A DNA stretch of 64,000 nt from an uncultured Chloroflexia bacterium (GCA_963700285.1 CAVOXA010000010.1:832001-896000); one strand, 5' to 3'. Counted from the first letter of the stretch, positions 46,599 through 56,453 are shown. Made by a program: numbers and translations. The notes: generated by a model from the letters alone, not told the origin.

Positions 46599-47684
46599 GT
46601 GCATTCTCGTGAAAGGCTGCGACGGGCCTACTATCTGGAAGAGATGGACCGGCCTGCGGTGTATAGTCGCACGTCCAGTGTTCCGTGGGATGACTCAAGT
46701 TATGACAAATTAGGGGCATTCCTGGCCGCTGAGTGTGATCAGAAGGCGCACTGGGATGGCCGGGCGTTCGAAACAGCCTACCTGGTTAGCCACGCGGTCG
46801 AACCTTATTCCGAGGATTTCGAGCGGCAGATCACCATCCTACACGCACCCGCGGGCGATCTTTTGGCTTCGAAACGGGTTGGGCTCAAGTACCAGCCAGG
46901 GCTCCAGGAGACCTTTTTTATCAAAACACGGGAGGACGCCGCAAAGTACCTTTCGCTTCCCCTACCCCAACGGGTTGGGGATGTAGGTTCCTTCTTTGCC
47001 GTTGACCAGCAGGTTGGCGAGCGAGGGATCACCGACGTGTCCCTGGGTTTTAACCCCGCCGGCTTTGTCGCAGAACTCTGCGGTTCGGAAACCTTTGCCC
47101 TCATGTCCGTGACGGACCGTGACGTGCTCCATGCGTTGTGCCAGCGGCAGATGGAGATCATGCTGGAAACGGCCAAGTTTCTACTGGGTCAGGGGGTAGG
47201 CCCCTATTTTTCGATGGCGGGGGAGGAGTACCTCGTGCCACCTCTGCACGGCCCGACCGACTTTGGCGATTTTAACGTGAGGTACGACAAACCGATCGTT
47301 GATCTGATCCACGATGCTGGAGGAAGGGTACACATCCACTGCCACGGCTCGGTCAAAAGGGTTATGGCGGGCTTTCTCGAAATGGGGGTTGACGTACTGC
47401 ATCCTTTTGAGGCGCCGCCGATGGGCGACATCACACCGGCGGAGGCGAAAGAGGTGATACGGGGCAGGATGTGCTATGAGGGCAACATCCAGATCCATCA
47501 TATGTACGAGCATAGCCCGGAGCAAGTGCGCGAAGAGACCATCGCACTCATCGATGATGTTTTTGACGATGGACTGGGCCTCATTGTCTGTCCAACGGCG
47601 TCGCCCTACATCCCCGGCGAAGGGGAAGTATGTTTGGATCGGTTTAGCGCCATGATCGCAGCGGTCCGCGATTGGCAAGGATAG
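46599..47684 (+). CDS. Uroporphyrinogen decarboxylase/MtaA-CmuA superfamily protein
   Basis: SRERL..DRP, IHCHG, HPFEAPPMGDIT, EGNI. Confidence 0.8.
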   Translation: MHSRERLRRAYYLEEMDRPAVYSRTSSVPWDDSSYDKLGAFLAAECDQKAHWDGRAFETAYLVSHAVEPYSEDFERQITILHAPAGDLLASKRVGLKYQPGLQETFFIKTREDAAKYLSLPLPQRVGDVGSFFAVDQQVGERGITDVSLGFNPAGFVAELCGSETFALMSVTDRDVLHALCQRQMEIMLETAKFLLGQGVGPYFSMAGEEYLVPPLHGPTDFGDFNVRYDKPIVDLIHDAGGRVHIHCHGSVKRVMAGFLEMGVDVLHPFEAPPMGDITPAEAKEVIRGRMCYEGNIQIHHMYEHSPEQVREETIALIDDVFDDGLGLIVCPTASPYIPGEGEVCLDRFSAMIAAVRDWQG

Positions 47685-47775
47685 GGTCGGTTTTTGCACG
47701 GCGCAAACAGGAGCGTTTTCGACCGACGAAAACAGCGGTTGCTTCGACCGAAAATAGGACGTTCTGGAGGCGAAA

Positions 47776-48744
47776 ATGAAAAAGGTAGCTTTTGGCAAGA
47801 CCGGCGAAGAACTATCGGAGATGTGTCTGGGTACCATGATGTTCGGCGAGCGATGCGACCAGGCCGAATCAGATCGGATTCTGTCTGCGGCGTTGGAAGC
47901 CGGCGTCAACTTTGTGGACACAGCCTCGCTCTACGCGGGTGGGGTGACGGAGGAGATCCTCGGACACATACTAAAAGGGCGCCGGGACAGAGTCTTTCTG
48001 GCCAGCAAAGTCCGCCTTGATATGGCGAGCGTCGTAGAGAGCATCGAAGGTAGCCTGAGACGCCTGCAGACAGACTGCTTGGACCTGTACATGATCCATG
48101 CCCCCATGCGCGGCATGGATCCGGTCAAGATCATGAGGGACCTGGACCAGGTGGTACGGGAGGGCAAGGCTCGCTTTGTGGGCTGCTCCAACTATCCGGC
48201 CTGGTTGGTGACCCACAGCAACTGCATCGCCCAGCAGCAGGGCTGGCCCCAGTTTGTCTGCAACCAGGTCCCCTTCAGCCTCATCGAACGCCCGGCTGAC
48301 ATCGAGATCTTGCAGCAAGCGTATGTCCAGAACTTGGGGATCATGGCCTACCGCCCCATGTGCATGGGGCTGTTGGCCGGCAAATATAGACCCGGCGAAC
48401 CCCTGCCCGAGGACTCGCGGTCTGCGACTGACAAACGGCCCGCCTGGCTCCTGGGCGAGTTTGCCGACGCCATCTCGGGCCTGCTCCAGATGGCCGAGGA
48501 CATGGGGGTGCAGCCAGCAGATCTGGCGGTTGCCTGGTTGCGGGCCAATCCCGGCATCACCACGCCCATCATCGGGGTGAGCTCGCTGCGCCAGTTGCAG
48601 GCCAACCTCTCCGCCTTTGAGTTTGATTTAACCGATGAGCAATACCAGCAACTGGACGAGATGTTTGCTCTGAGAGACCTTGGTGGGGAGATCACGCCCT
48701 TTTTCCAGCCCCTCCGACGGGACCTGGAGCTGGTCCGGCGCTAG
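47776..48744 (+). CDS. Aldo/keto reductase
   Basis: LGTMMFG, DTASLY, SLRRLQTDCLDLY, GCSN. Confidence 0.93.
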   Translation: MKKVAFGKTGEELSEMCLGTMMFGERCDQAESDRILSAALEAGVNFVDTASLYAGGVTEEILGHILKGRRDRVFLASKVRLDMASVVESIEGSLRRLQTDCLDLYMIHAPMRGMDPVKIMRDLDQVVREGKARFVGCSNYPAWLVTHSNCIAQQQGWPQFVCNQVPFSLIERPADIEILQQAYVQNLGIMAYRPMCMGLLAGKYRPGEPLPEDSRSATDKRPAWLLGEFADAISGLLQMAEDMGVQPADLAVAWLRANPGITTPIIGVSSLRQLQANLSAFEFDLTDEQYQQLDEMFALRDLGGEITPFFQPLRRDLELVRR

Positions 48745-48757
48745 CCAAGGAAGCGGG

Positions 48758-48795
48758 CTCAACCTCCCACAGGTTGCCGTCTGCGGGAGGTTGAG
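48758..48795. terminator. Hairpin between convergent operons
   Basis: CTCAACCTCCCACAG...CTGCGGGAGGTTGAG. Confidence 0.65.
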
Positions 48796-48796
48796 G

Positions 48797-50107
48797 TTAG
48801 CGTATCTCTCTGAACACGTCCTCGATGATGTTCAGGGCCTCGTCAATGTCTTCCACGGTGTGTTGTGAGGAGTAGCCGTGGTGCATGGGGGTCTTGTGGG
48901 CATAGTCGTGCAGATAAAGCCCCCTCTCCACGCAGCCGAGTAGGAACTGGACCTCCATCTCGCGGTCGTTTTTGACCGCCTGCCGGTAGTTGGAGACCGG
49001 TTCTGTGACCCCGAAATAGATGCCAAAACGGGCCCCAACCCCCTGTACCACGCCGGGCACGCCAGTGACCTGGAGCAGTTGGGTCATACCGCTGTACAGC
49101 CGCTCCGCCAACAGGTTAATGTGGTCATAGAAGCCCGGCCTGGCAATCTCTTTCTGGCAGGCCAGCGCGCCCAGGACGGCCGGGATATGCCCGGTATAGG
49201 TGCCGCTGATAACCGTATGCCCCATGGGGTTGAGCACGTTCATGATCTCGGTCCTACCACAGATGGCAGCGATGGCGACCCCACCGCCCAGGGCCTTGGC
49301 CAGGGTGCACATGTCCGGCGTCACGCCATAGTACTCCTGGGCGCCGCCCCGGCACATGCGGTAGCCGGACAATACCTCGTCAAAGATCAGTACGATGCCC
49401 GTTTCGTCACAGATCTGGCGAACCTGGCGCAGAAACTCGGGGTCCGAGGGGACACAACCCTGGTTGTAGGAGATGGGCTCCAGGATGACGGCGGCCAGCT
49501 CATGCCGGTGGGCTTCGATCGCTGACGAAAAGGCGTCGATATCATTGAAGGGTACCACGACGATCAGGTCTGACAAAGCTTCTGGCATGCCGTCGGTATC
49601 GGGCATCGGCGCCACCGTACCATCATCGCGCAGGTCGCCCAGTTCCGTGGAGCAATTGTACCACAAGTAGTCGTGCATGCCGTGGAAATGACCTTCAAAC
49701 TTGAGGATCTTGGGCTTGCCCGTGTAGGCTCGGGCAACGCGGATGGCGCCAAGGGTGGCCTCGGTACCGCTGTTCTGCAGGCGGATCTTTTCCGCGCTGG
49801 GAACGGCATCAAAGATCAGCTCGGCCAACTCGGAGTGGTACTCTGTCTCAGCGTTGGCAATCATCCCGATCTCCAGGGCCTGCTCCAGTGCTGCCCGGAT
49901 GGCAGGGTGATTGTGCCCCAAGAAGGTCGCACCGCTCCCTGTGAAAAAGTCAATGTACTCGTTGCCGTCCACATCCCAGAAACGGGACCCCTGGCCGTGG
50001 GTCAGGTAGAGCGGGCGTTTGAGCAAGGGGTTGTAGCGCCCTCCGGCTACAGCTCCGCCGATGAGGTGTTCCTGGGCTGAAGCGAACAACTGATCCGATT
50101 TTCGCAT
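48797..50107 (-). CDS. Class III PLP aminotransferase, GSA-aminomutase-like (paralog of 29030-30349)
   Basis: NSGTEAT, KFEGHFHG, FDEVLSGYR, TLAKALGGG; start ATG 50107. Confidence 0.9.
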   Translation of the reverse strand: MRKSDQLFASAQEHLIGGAVAGGRYNPLLKRPLYLTHGQGSRFWDVDGNEYIDFFTGSGATFLGHNHPAIRAALEQALEIGMIANAETEYHSELAELIFDAVPSAEKIRLQNSGTEATLGAIRVARAYTGKPKILKFEGHFHGMHDYLWYNCSTELGDLRDDGTVAPMPDTDGMPEALSDLIVVVPFNDIDAFSSAIEAHRHELAAVILEPISYNQGCVPSDPEFLRQVRQICDETGIVLIFDEVLSGYRMCRGGAQEYYGVTPDMCTLAKALGGGVAIAAICGRTEIMNVLNPMGHTVISGTYTGHIPAVLGALACQKEIARPGFYDHINLLAERLYSGMTQLLQVTGVPGVVQGVGARFGIYFGVTEPVSNYRQAVKNDREMEVQFLLGCVERGLYLHDYAHKTPMHHGYSSQHTVEDIDEALNIIEDVFREIR

Positions 50108-50132
50108 TTGTGCTCTCCTTGAAGTGATAGCC

Positions 50133-51338
50133 TTAGCCAGCAGCCGCCACCATGGCCAGCGCACCCTGCGGTATCAGGTTCAAGCGGGGGCCGGATGCCA
50201 GTTCTTCCAGGACTGACAGCGCTTCTCCCAGGTCGCGGAACAGCAGGCTGCCGGGCGGCATCAAATAGTCCACCTCTTTGTCCCGCAGGTTGGGCGAGTA
50301 GACGATCAACCTGCGCGAGTCCAGGCTCTTTTCCATGGCCCGAGCGTGCAGATCCTCATAGTAGCCGCCCCGGCTGCCGATGTAGTGGTGGCCGGCGCCC
50401 TCGGGACAGGCCGCTACGAGCAGGATAGGGCCACCGGGCACGACGCTCATGGTCCCCGTGCCGGCCAGGATAGCCTTGCCGGCCTGGATAAAGTCGCACT
50501 CTACGGGAGAGGCGCCGATGACGGCCGCGTCGGCCAGAGGGGGCGCTGCGACCTGATAGACTTCCCGGGCAAAAGGCACTGCCCGGCGGTGGGTCAGGCT
50601 GTAGTCCCCGGCGAACAGGCCCACGATCTCACACCTTTCGTTGATGACCGAGTCCACGACAAAGTCCAGACCGCACATCCCGGCAATGTCCTCGATGTCC
50701 GCCCGGTAGTCGCCCACCTCCTCCGAGTCCGCGGCCCCGCGGGGGCGCACCGAATGGTGGTAGGTGACGGTCTTGGCCCCGCAGACACCAGGCATGAGGG
50801 TCTTGGCCCCACCGCTAAAGCCAGCGTGGGTGTGAGGGATGACGCTGCCGATGGTGACCTTGATTTCAGAGCGGTTGACGAGGCTGTTGAGATAGACAGG
50901 TGTGCCAAGCTCACTGATACCCAAAAAGTCAAGCTGGTCGTAAAAGTTGTGGTTGTAGGTCTCAAAGCGATCGACGACCTCGGTGCCCAACTTGGCACAG
51001 AAGTCGTGGCCGAATTGGGGACGGTGCGCGGCGATGGCGGAAAAGAACCGGATCTCCCCCTCAGCGATGCCTGCCTCCAGCAGTTCATCCACAACCAGGG
51101 GGGTGACCAAGTGCGTTGGCGTGGGGCGCGTGGCGTCTTCGACGATGACGGCGGCGCTCCTTTTGCCGCGGGCCAAGTCTCTCAGCCGCGGTGTGCCGTG
51201 CGGCGAACGGAAGGCTGCCACCCGCTGCTCGGGCGTTAGAGCGGGGGCGCCCTGAATGGAACACTCGTGGACGCGCCAGGCATCGGATAGCGGTAGCGCC
51301 AACTGGCCATCAGCGTAAGGTATGGATAACGTGGGCAT
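50133..51338 (-). CDS. LarA-family nickel-pincer-dependent racemase/epimerase
   Basis: EDATRPTP, AAHR, PHTHAGFSGGAK, ACPEG. Confidence 0.88.
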   Translation of the reverse strand: MPTLSIPYADGQLALPLSDAWRVHECSIQGAPALTPEQRVAAFRSPHGTPRLRDLARGKRSAAVIVEDATRPTPTHLVTPLVVDELLEAGIAEGEIRFFSAIAAHRPQFGHDFCAKLGTEVVDRFETYNHNFYDQLDFLGISELGTPVYLNSLVNRSEIKVTIGSVIPHTHAGFSGGAKTLMPGVCGAKTVTYHHSVRPRGAADSEEVGDYRADIEDIAGMCGLDFVVDSVINERCEIVGLFAGDYSLTHRRAVPFAREVYQVAAPPLADAAVIGASPVECDFIQAGKAILAGTGTMSVVPGGPILLVAACPEGAGHHYIGSRGGYYEDLHARAMEKSLDSRRLIVYSPNLRDKEVDYLMPPGSLLFRDLGEALSVLEELASGPRLNLIPQGALAMVAAAG

Positions 51339-51401
51339 GGGTTCATTCCTTCATCTGTATCGCACAACGCATTGGCAGGGCTGTAGATTCGGATACCCCG
51401 G

Positions 51402-52733
51402 CTAGGTTGGCAGCTCCCAGCCGCGCGGACCGGTGCTGCTGGCCAGCGCGCTGTCGAGGACGATCTGTCCCTGGTTCGCGACGAGCTTGCCGTCGCGAAA
51501 GACCATGGCCACCTTCCGCAGGGAGTGGATATCGGCCAGGGGATCTCCATCCAAGAGGATCAGATCGGCGCGTAGCCCCTCTTTGACCGCGCCGATCTCT
51601 CTGTCCAGGCGCAGGGCCTGAGCTGCCCGCTCTGTGACCATGCTGATAGCCTCCAGCGGCGTGAACTCTGCCCAGCGTACCATGATCTCTATGGCGCGGG
51701 CCATCTCCTCAAAGCCAGGCCAGAGGTCAGTACCAGGCCAGGGACCAAAGGCCGCGTCTGTGCCCAGGAACAGGCTGACCCCCTGCTCTCGCATGTAGTG
51801 TAGGAACGGCCAACGTACCTGGAGCATCTTTAGCCACCATTCCTCTTCGGCAGAGCGCCCTTGGCCATGCTCATCTGGGAATAGGTAGGGCCGGGGGATG
51901 ATGGCGTGGTCGACGCGAACATCGTTGGCCACCATGAATTCAACCGCCTTTTTGTCAGGCACGGTCGATCTGGCATCACGGCCGATCCAGGAACAGTGTT
52001 CGATGGTATCCACTCCCACCTCGGCGGCGAGCCGAATGCTGTCGGTGGAGATGGCGTGCACGGCCACCTGCAAACCCAGGCGGTGGGCGTCATCGACGGC
52101 GGCGTCCAACTCCTGGGCCGTGTATTGGGATCGGGAAATGTTTGTTCCTGGCGTCGTGGTTCCACCGCTGAGGATAATCTTGATAAAGTCAACGCCTTTG
52201 CTGGCCAGGGTTCGTACGGCTTTGACGATTTCTATGGCGCTGTCCACCCCCCAGTCGGTATAGATGTGCCCGCCGGTGGTTGTGATGGGACGGCCGCTGG
52301 CCAGGATACGCGGCCCGACAAAGTTGCCCGTGTCGATCATGTCGCGCAGAGCCAGTATCGAAAAGTCGTCGGCGCCACAGTCCCGCAGCGTCGTCACCCC
52401 GGCGGCCAGGGCGGTCTGGGCATAGTGGCCAGCGCGTACCAACTGGCGTTCCAATCCCTGGGCTGAGACCAGGTGCTGCCCGACTGAGCGAGGGGCATAG
52501 AGCAGTTTGTCCCAAGCGAGGTGTACGTGGCTGTCGATCAGCCCGGGCATCAGCGTCAAGCCACCGGCTTGCAGGCTGGGGATCCCATGGGGAACGGATA
52601 TTTGGTCCGATGGTCCGGCCGCCGCGATCCGGCCGGACAGATCCACGAGAACGGTGCCGGAAGGGATAGGTTTGGAACCCGTGCCATCCAATAGCTGGGC
52701 GCCTGTAATGGCAAGCTTGAGGGTCGTCTCCAT
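51402..52733 (-). CDS. Metal-dependent amidohydrolase (Xaa-Pro dipeptidase-like)
   Basis: PGLIDSHVH, GVTTLRD, VHA, TIEH, GTDA, GLRADLILLDGDP. Confidence 0.92.
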   Translation of the reverse strand: METTLKLAITGAQLLDGTGSKPIPSGTVLVDLSGRIAAAGPSDQISVPHGIPSLQAGGLTLMPGLIDSHVHLAWDKLLYAPRSVGQHLVSAQGLERQLVRAGHYAQTALAAGVTTLRDCGADDFSILALRDMIDTGNFVGPRILASGRPITTTGGHIYTDWGVDSAIEIVKAVRTLASKGVDFIKIILSGGTTTPGTNISRSQYTAQELDAAVDDAHRLGLQVAVHAISTDSIRLAAEVGVDTIEHCSWIGRDARSTVPDKKAVEFMVANDVRVDHAIIPRPYLFPDEHGQGRSAEEEWWLKMLQVRWPFLHYMREQGVSLFLGTDAAFGPWPGTDLWPGFEEMARAIEIMVRWAEFTPLEAISMVTERAAQALRLDREIGAVKEGLRADLILLDGDPLADIHSLRKVAMVFRDGKLVANQGQIVLDSALASSTGPRGWELPT

Positions 52734-52760
52734 GTGTCTCCCCGCTTTGAGGCAATGGTC

Positions 52761-52803
52761 TGTAACCGTTTACAATTGTACTTGTTACCCTGTCTGGTGT
52801 CAA
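52761..52803 (-). promoter_or_regulatory. Promoter with LacI-type operator (amidohydrolase-LarA-aminotransferase operon)
   Basis: Minus strand TTGACA-N17-TACAAT followed directly by TGTAAACGGTTACA (52774-52761). Confidence 0.8.
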
Positions 52804-52850
52804 GCTGCCTTGTGCATGGGGCGCCTTTGGTTTAGGAGGTTTCTGGCTGG

Positions 52851-54636
52851 CTAAAAGGCGCTGTAGAGCAACCCGCCGTAGACGGCCATGGTCAGAAAGC
52901 TATCAACGAGGGCATAGCTGATCACGAAAACCAAAGCCGAGTTGCTGTGGGTGCGTTTTATCACGTACCAAGCTGCGGCGAGGCCGAGTAGGGCGATGAG
53001 AACCGGCACCGCAAACTGGAGCACGACCCCCAGCCCCGAGGGAATGATCGGGATCCAACCGGAAAAGGGGACATAGCTGCCTGCTTGAGCAAAGGTGACC
53101 AGTTTGCCCCCCCAGTAGGCGATCAGGGCCAGGGCGATGCTGAGGAGCGACGCGCGGCTGGTGATTGTTTCACTCCCCCGCCGGAATACCCAGGTCGCCG
53201 CCAACAGCAGGAAGGGAAGGACGAGCCACAGTAGCATGGCAACGGGAAAGAATACCGCACCCGTCAGCAGGCCAAAGAAGGTGTTGGTGACCATGCGGCC
53301 AGTGTCCCCGCGGGTCAGGGGACTCAGAACCTGGCGGATGTCATCGGCGGTGCTGGCAAAATAGATCTGGTAGCCGGGCATCTCTTCTCTACGCTCTATC
53401 CAGGTGGCATAGAGGTACCCTGTACCGTCACTGGTGATGGCGGGCGACTGCGAGAACTTGGGATTGAAGCTGAGGAGTTGATAGGTCGTTGGCGTACCAT
53501 TCTGCATGAACAGGGTACCTATCTGACCCACGGCGGGCTCACGCTGGTACCGGAGGTCAGCCCGAATCGCCAGCACTAATTCCCCTGCACGGGTCGGGTT
53601 GATCCATATCTCCGAGGAAGGCACGGTCCGTGGATACTCGCCTGTTGCCAAGCGTACGCGCTGCCCGGCTGCCAGGGTGCCATCAGGGAATGGCTCGTAA
53701 AGGAGATTCTCCGTATTGGGCACAGCAATGAGCTTTGGCTCAGAGGCCAAAGCCGGCTCGTACGGGGGAAAGGACATGTACTCTGTCTGAGTCAGGTAGC
53801 CGTGCTCGTGCGATTGGAATGACTCTGTCCAAAACAAGTAGATCTGTTCGCTATCGACGCCGATCCACGGCCCCAGCAAGGTGGCATCGCGTTCCAGGAC
53901 AAGTTCGGCGACCAGGGCCTGTTGCTCTGGGCGATAGTTGCCCTCAGAATAGGCCGCGTAGTGCAGACTGGGCTGGGTCCCCAGGGGCGGATAGGTGACC
54001 CAGGTCGTGTGCAAGTCTCCATGGCTGTCTACCTGGGCCGCGAGTTGCATTCCCTCCGCATCAACGAGCGTGGCCTTGGCTGTGGGATCCTGGAGGGGTT
54101 GGGTATAAACGCCAGGATCCCGCCGGGTACCACCATACCAAACAGTTGCACCCTCGGGACCAGGGGCGAAGTCGTAGCTGCCAACTGCCCGGCCCCCTGA
54201 CAAGAGGGCCGGTGCGGCTAGGCTGTTCCCGGAGGTATCAAGCTGGGCGGAATAGAGGCCGCCGTCATCGAGCCAGAAGAGATGGAGGCCCTGCTCATCC
54301 CAGAGGATCGTTGGATCCTGAGGTTCGGAGAAGGCGCCGTCGAGCGTATGATCCCAGACGACGTCTGCCGCACGGTTCAGGGCGACAATGCGGGCGCGAT
54401 GCGTGCTGCCCTTCAGCTTGAAGGGCAAAGAGATAGATCGTACCCGCGTCATCGAGGGCCAGGGCCACGGGCTGCCGGGCTGACGTGTCGCCGACCAGCT
54501 TGGCCCGGCTCCAGTCGGGGGCATTGAGCCAGAGACGGTCGACCTCACTGGTCGTGGCAGATATCGCGGCCAGGCCAAGGAACAGGATGAGGAAAAGTAT
54601 TGGACCCCACAACCACGCTTTGGATAGCAGTTTCAT
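52851..54636 (-). CDS. Membrane-anchored protein with extracellular beta-propeller-like domain and C-terminal TM helices (+1 frameshift near 54410)
   Basis: ORF 54636 (N-terminal TM) joins ORF 52851 if one base of CCC 54409-54411 is removed: ...LQAEGSTHRARIVAL. Confidence 0.7.
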
Positions 54637-55001
54637 CTTGAATGCCCAGTCCTCGATGACCCTTCATACCACAGAGTTGAGTTTTCAGCAAGATCCAAGC
54701 AAGCACAGTGTCGCAGGTTCGTCCAGAAACAGAGGTCCCGCCTGACACCAGTATACGAGAAAGGCCCCCAGATAGCATCGGCCATCTGGGTGATTGCACG
54801 ATTGGCCAAGTGGCCAATCTTTGAGCGACAAGTTCAACTGGATGCGAGGCTATCTTGTGCGCCGCACCACCAGAGGCAGGATAATCCTCCGCGCTTCCAC
54901 CGAGCATGGGAGGTAAGGCATAGCTTGTACCACGACGGGAGCAAAGTTACCAGGGGGAGACCGGCGCAGCGCGTAAGTGGTGCTGGGCAGCAAAAGGTTG
55001 G

Positions 55002-55223
55002 TCAGAGAAGAAAACGGCCCAATAGGGCAGCCATGCCACTCAGGGACAGTAGCAGAGCTAGGAGAACCAGGAACCACACACCTCCAGCCCGCAAACGCCC
55101 TACCGAGTGCGTTTTCTTTTCCTGCTGTACCACCTCTGCTCCCTTGAGGCATATGCCGCAGTAGCTGCAGTACAGCTTTTCCCATGGATTACGCCTATCG
55201 CACTGAGGGCACACGGACTCCAT
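55002..55223 (-). CDS. Small zinc-ribbon protein with C-terminal TM helix
   Basis: CPQC...CSYCG followed by a hydrophobic helix. Confidence 0.65.
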   Translation of the reverse strand: MESVCPQCDRRNPWEKLYCSYCGICLKGAEVVQQEKKTHSVGRLRAGGVWFLVLLALLLSLSGMAALLGRFLL

Positions 55224-55480
55224 CACTCGCACTCCTTTGGTCTTGGTCATCGTTGTTGTGCAGCCATTCTGCCGAAAAGCGAAATCGAGAATCGGACAAG
55301 CTCGAGAATGCGGAATGACTGTTGTCTACCCAAAAGACCGCAGGAGCGGGCAAAAGGATACGGCCAGCGGCAGAATGTGCGGATCCTGTCCTATTTTACC
55401 AGTTTCTGGCTCTAACCGGCCATTCTGCCATCAGCCACCAGACCAGGGGGAGCGGCTGTGTGCGATGGCCATGTACGGGG

Positions 55481-56008
55481 CTACCAGTAGAGCCCAAGCA
55501 CCTCCAGGGCCTCCAGGATTGGCTCGTTGGTATTCAGCACGGGAGCGCCAGCGCGATAGTGTCCCTGGTCGCCCAGCAATACGATAGGCGGCTCGGCATG
55601 GGGGCCGGTGATGGGAAACAGCATCATGGTCGTCCGGCCCGTAGGAAACCAGGTGTGTATCTTGGCGGGGTGGGCAAAGAATACCTCCAGTGTGACGTAT
55701 TGGGTATGGGCCTTCTGGAGGGTCTCTTCTGAGAAGCCGGTGCTCGAGAGGCGGGCAAAGCCTTCGGCCAGGCTGGCTATGACGGCGGCGGCCAGCTCAT
55801 CGTAGCCGGTCTGGCCGGGCAGGTACTCGGTAGGCTGGCCAGCCTGATAGACGACCATGCGGGTGGGCTGGTCCTGGAACCCTCTCAGGAACCACTGCAG
55901 GTCGCGGCTGGTCAGGCTGACCATGAGATAGTAGGCCAATAGCACGAAACCAGCCAGGAGGAGAAACATCTGGACGGCGTTCGCGCCAGATCTTTGGCGT
56001 AGGCTCAT
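55481..56008 (-). CDS. Membrane-anchored hypothetical protein
   Basis: N-terminal TM helix; directly follows the cupin gene. Confidence 0.7.
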   Translation of the reverse strand: MSLRQRSGANAVQMFLLLAGFVLLAYYLMVSLTSRDLQWFLRGFQDQPTRMVVYQAGQPTEYLPGQTGYDELAAAVIASLAEGFARLSSTGFSEETLQKAHTQYVTLEVFFAHPAKIHTWFPTGRTTMMLFPITGPHAEPPIVLLGDQGHYRAGAPVLNTNEPILEALEVLGLYW

Positions 56009-56018
56009 CTTGGACTTG

Positions 56019-56348
56019 TCAGAATTGATAGTCCTCTCGGACAGGGCTGAAAACGTCCAACACTTTGGCCGGGGCGTTGCCCACCTTGACGCCATGCTCT
56101 ACATCACCGGGAATGATGAACGTGTCCCCAGGCTTGATCAGGTGTGATTCTCCATCGATGGTAATCTCGAACTCGCCAGAAATGACGTGTCCCACCTGCT
56201 CGTGGGGGTGGCTGTGCAGGGGCAGCACCGCGTTGGGCTCCAGGTCGGCGATGGACACCAGCATCTCGTTGCCCCAAAAGGTGCGAAGGTGCACGCCGGG
56301 GACAACCTCTACGGCTTCTCTGTCTTCTAGATCACAGAAGTATCGCAT
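56019..56348 (-). CDS. Cupin-domain protein
   Basis: HSHPHEQ...G..FIIPGDVEH; GGAGG RBS. Confidence 0.9.
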   Translation of the reverse strand: MRYFCDLEDREAVEVVPGVHLRTFWGNEMLVSIADLEPNAVLPLHSHPHEQVGHVISGEFEITIDGESHLIKPGDTFIIPGDVEHGVKVGNAPAKVLDVFSPVREDYQF

Positions 56349-56370
56349 CTGTCCTCCGTTGAAAATTCTG

Positions 56371-56440
56371 AACCACAGAGACGCAGAGAGCACAGAGATG
56401 ATTGGATCTACTCAGGTCTCTGTCTTTTGGGTCTCTGGTG
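56371..56440. repeat. Short CAGAG-type intergenic repeat element
   Basis: AACCACAGAGACGCAGAGAGCACAGAG with a degenerate inverted partner TCTCTGTC...GTCTCTGGT. Confidence 0.55.
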
Positions 56441-56453
56441 AAACCCTGCCGGA

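Noticed and set aside
29030-50107. HemL plus HemE as a tetrapyrrole biosynthesis cluster
   Set aside because: No hemA/B/C/D, the UroD-fold proteins are highly divergent, and the context and LacI operators are catabolic
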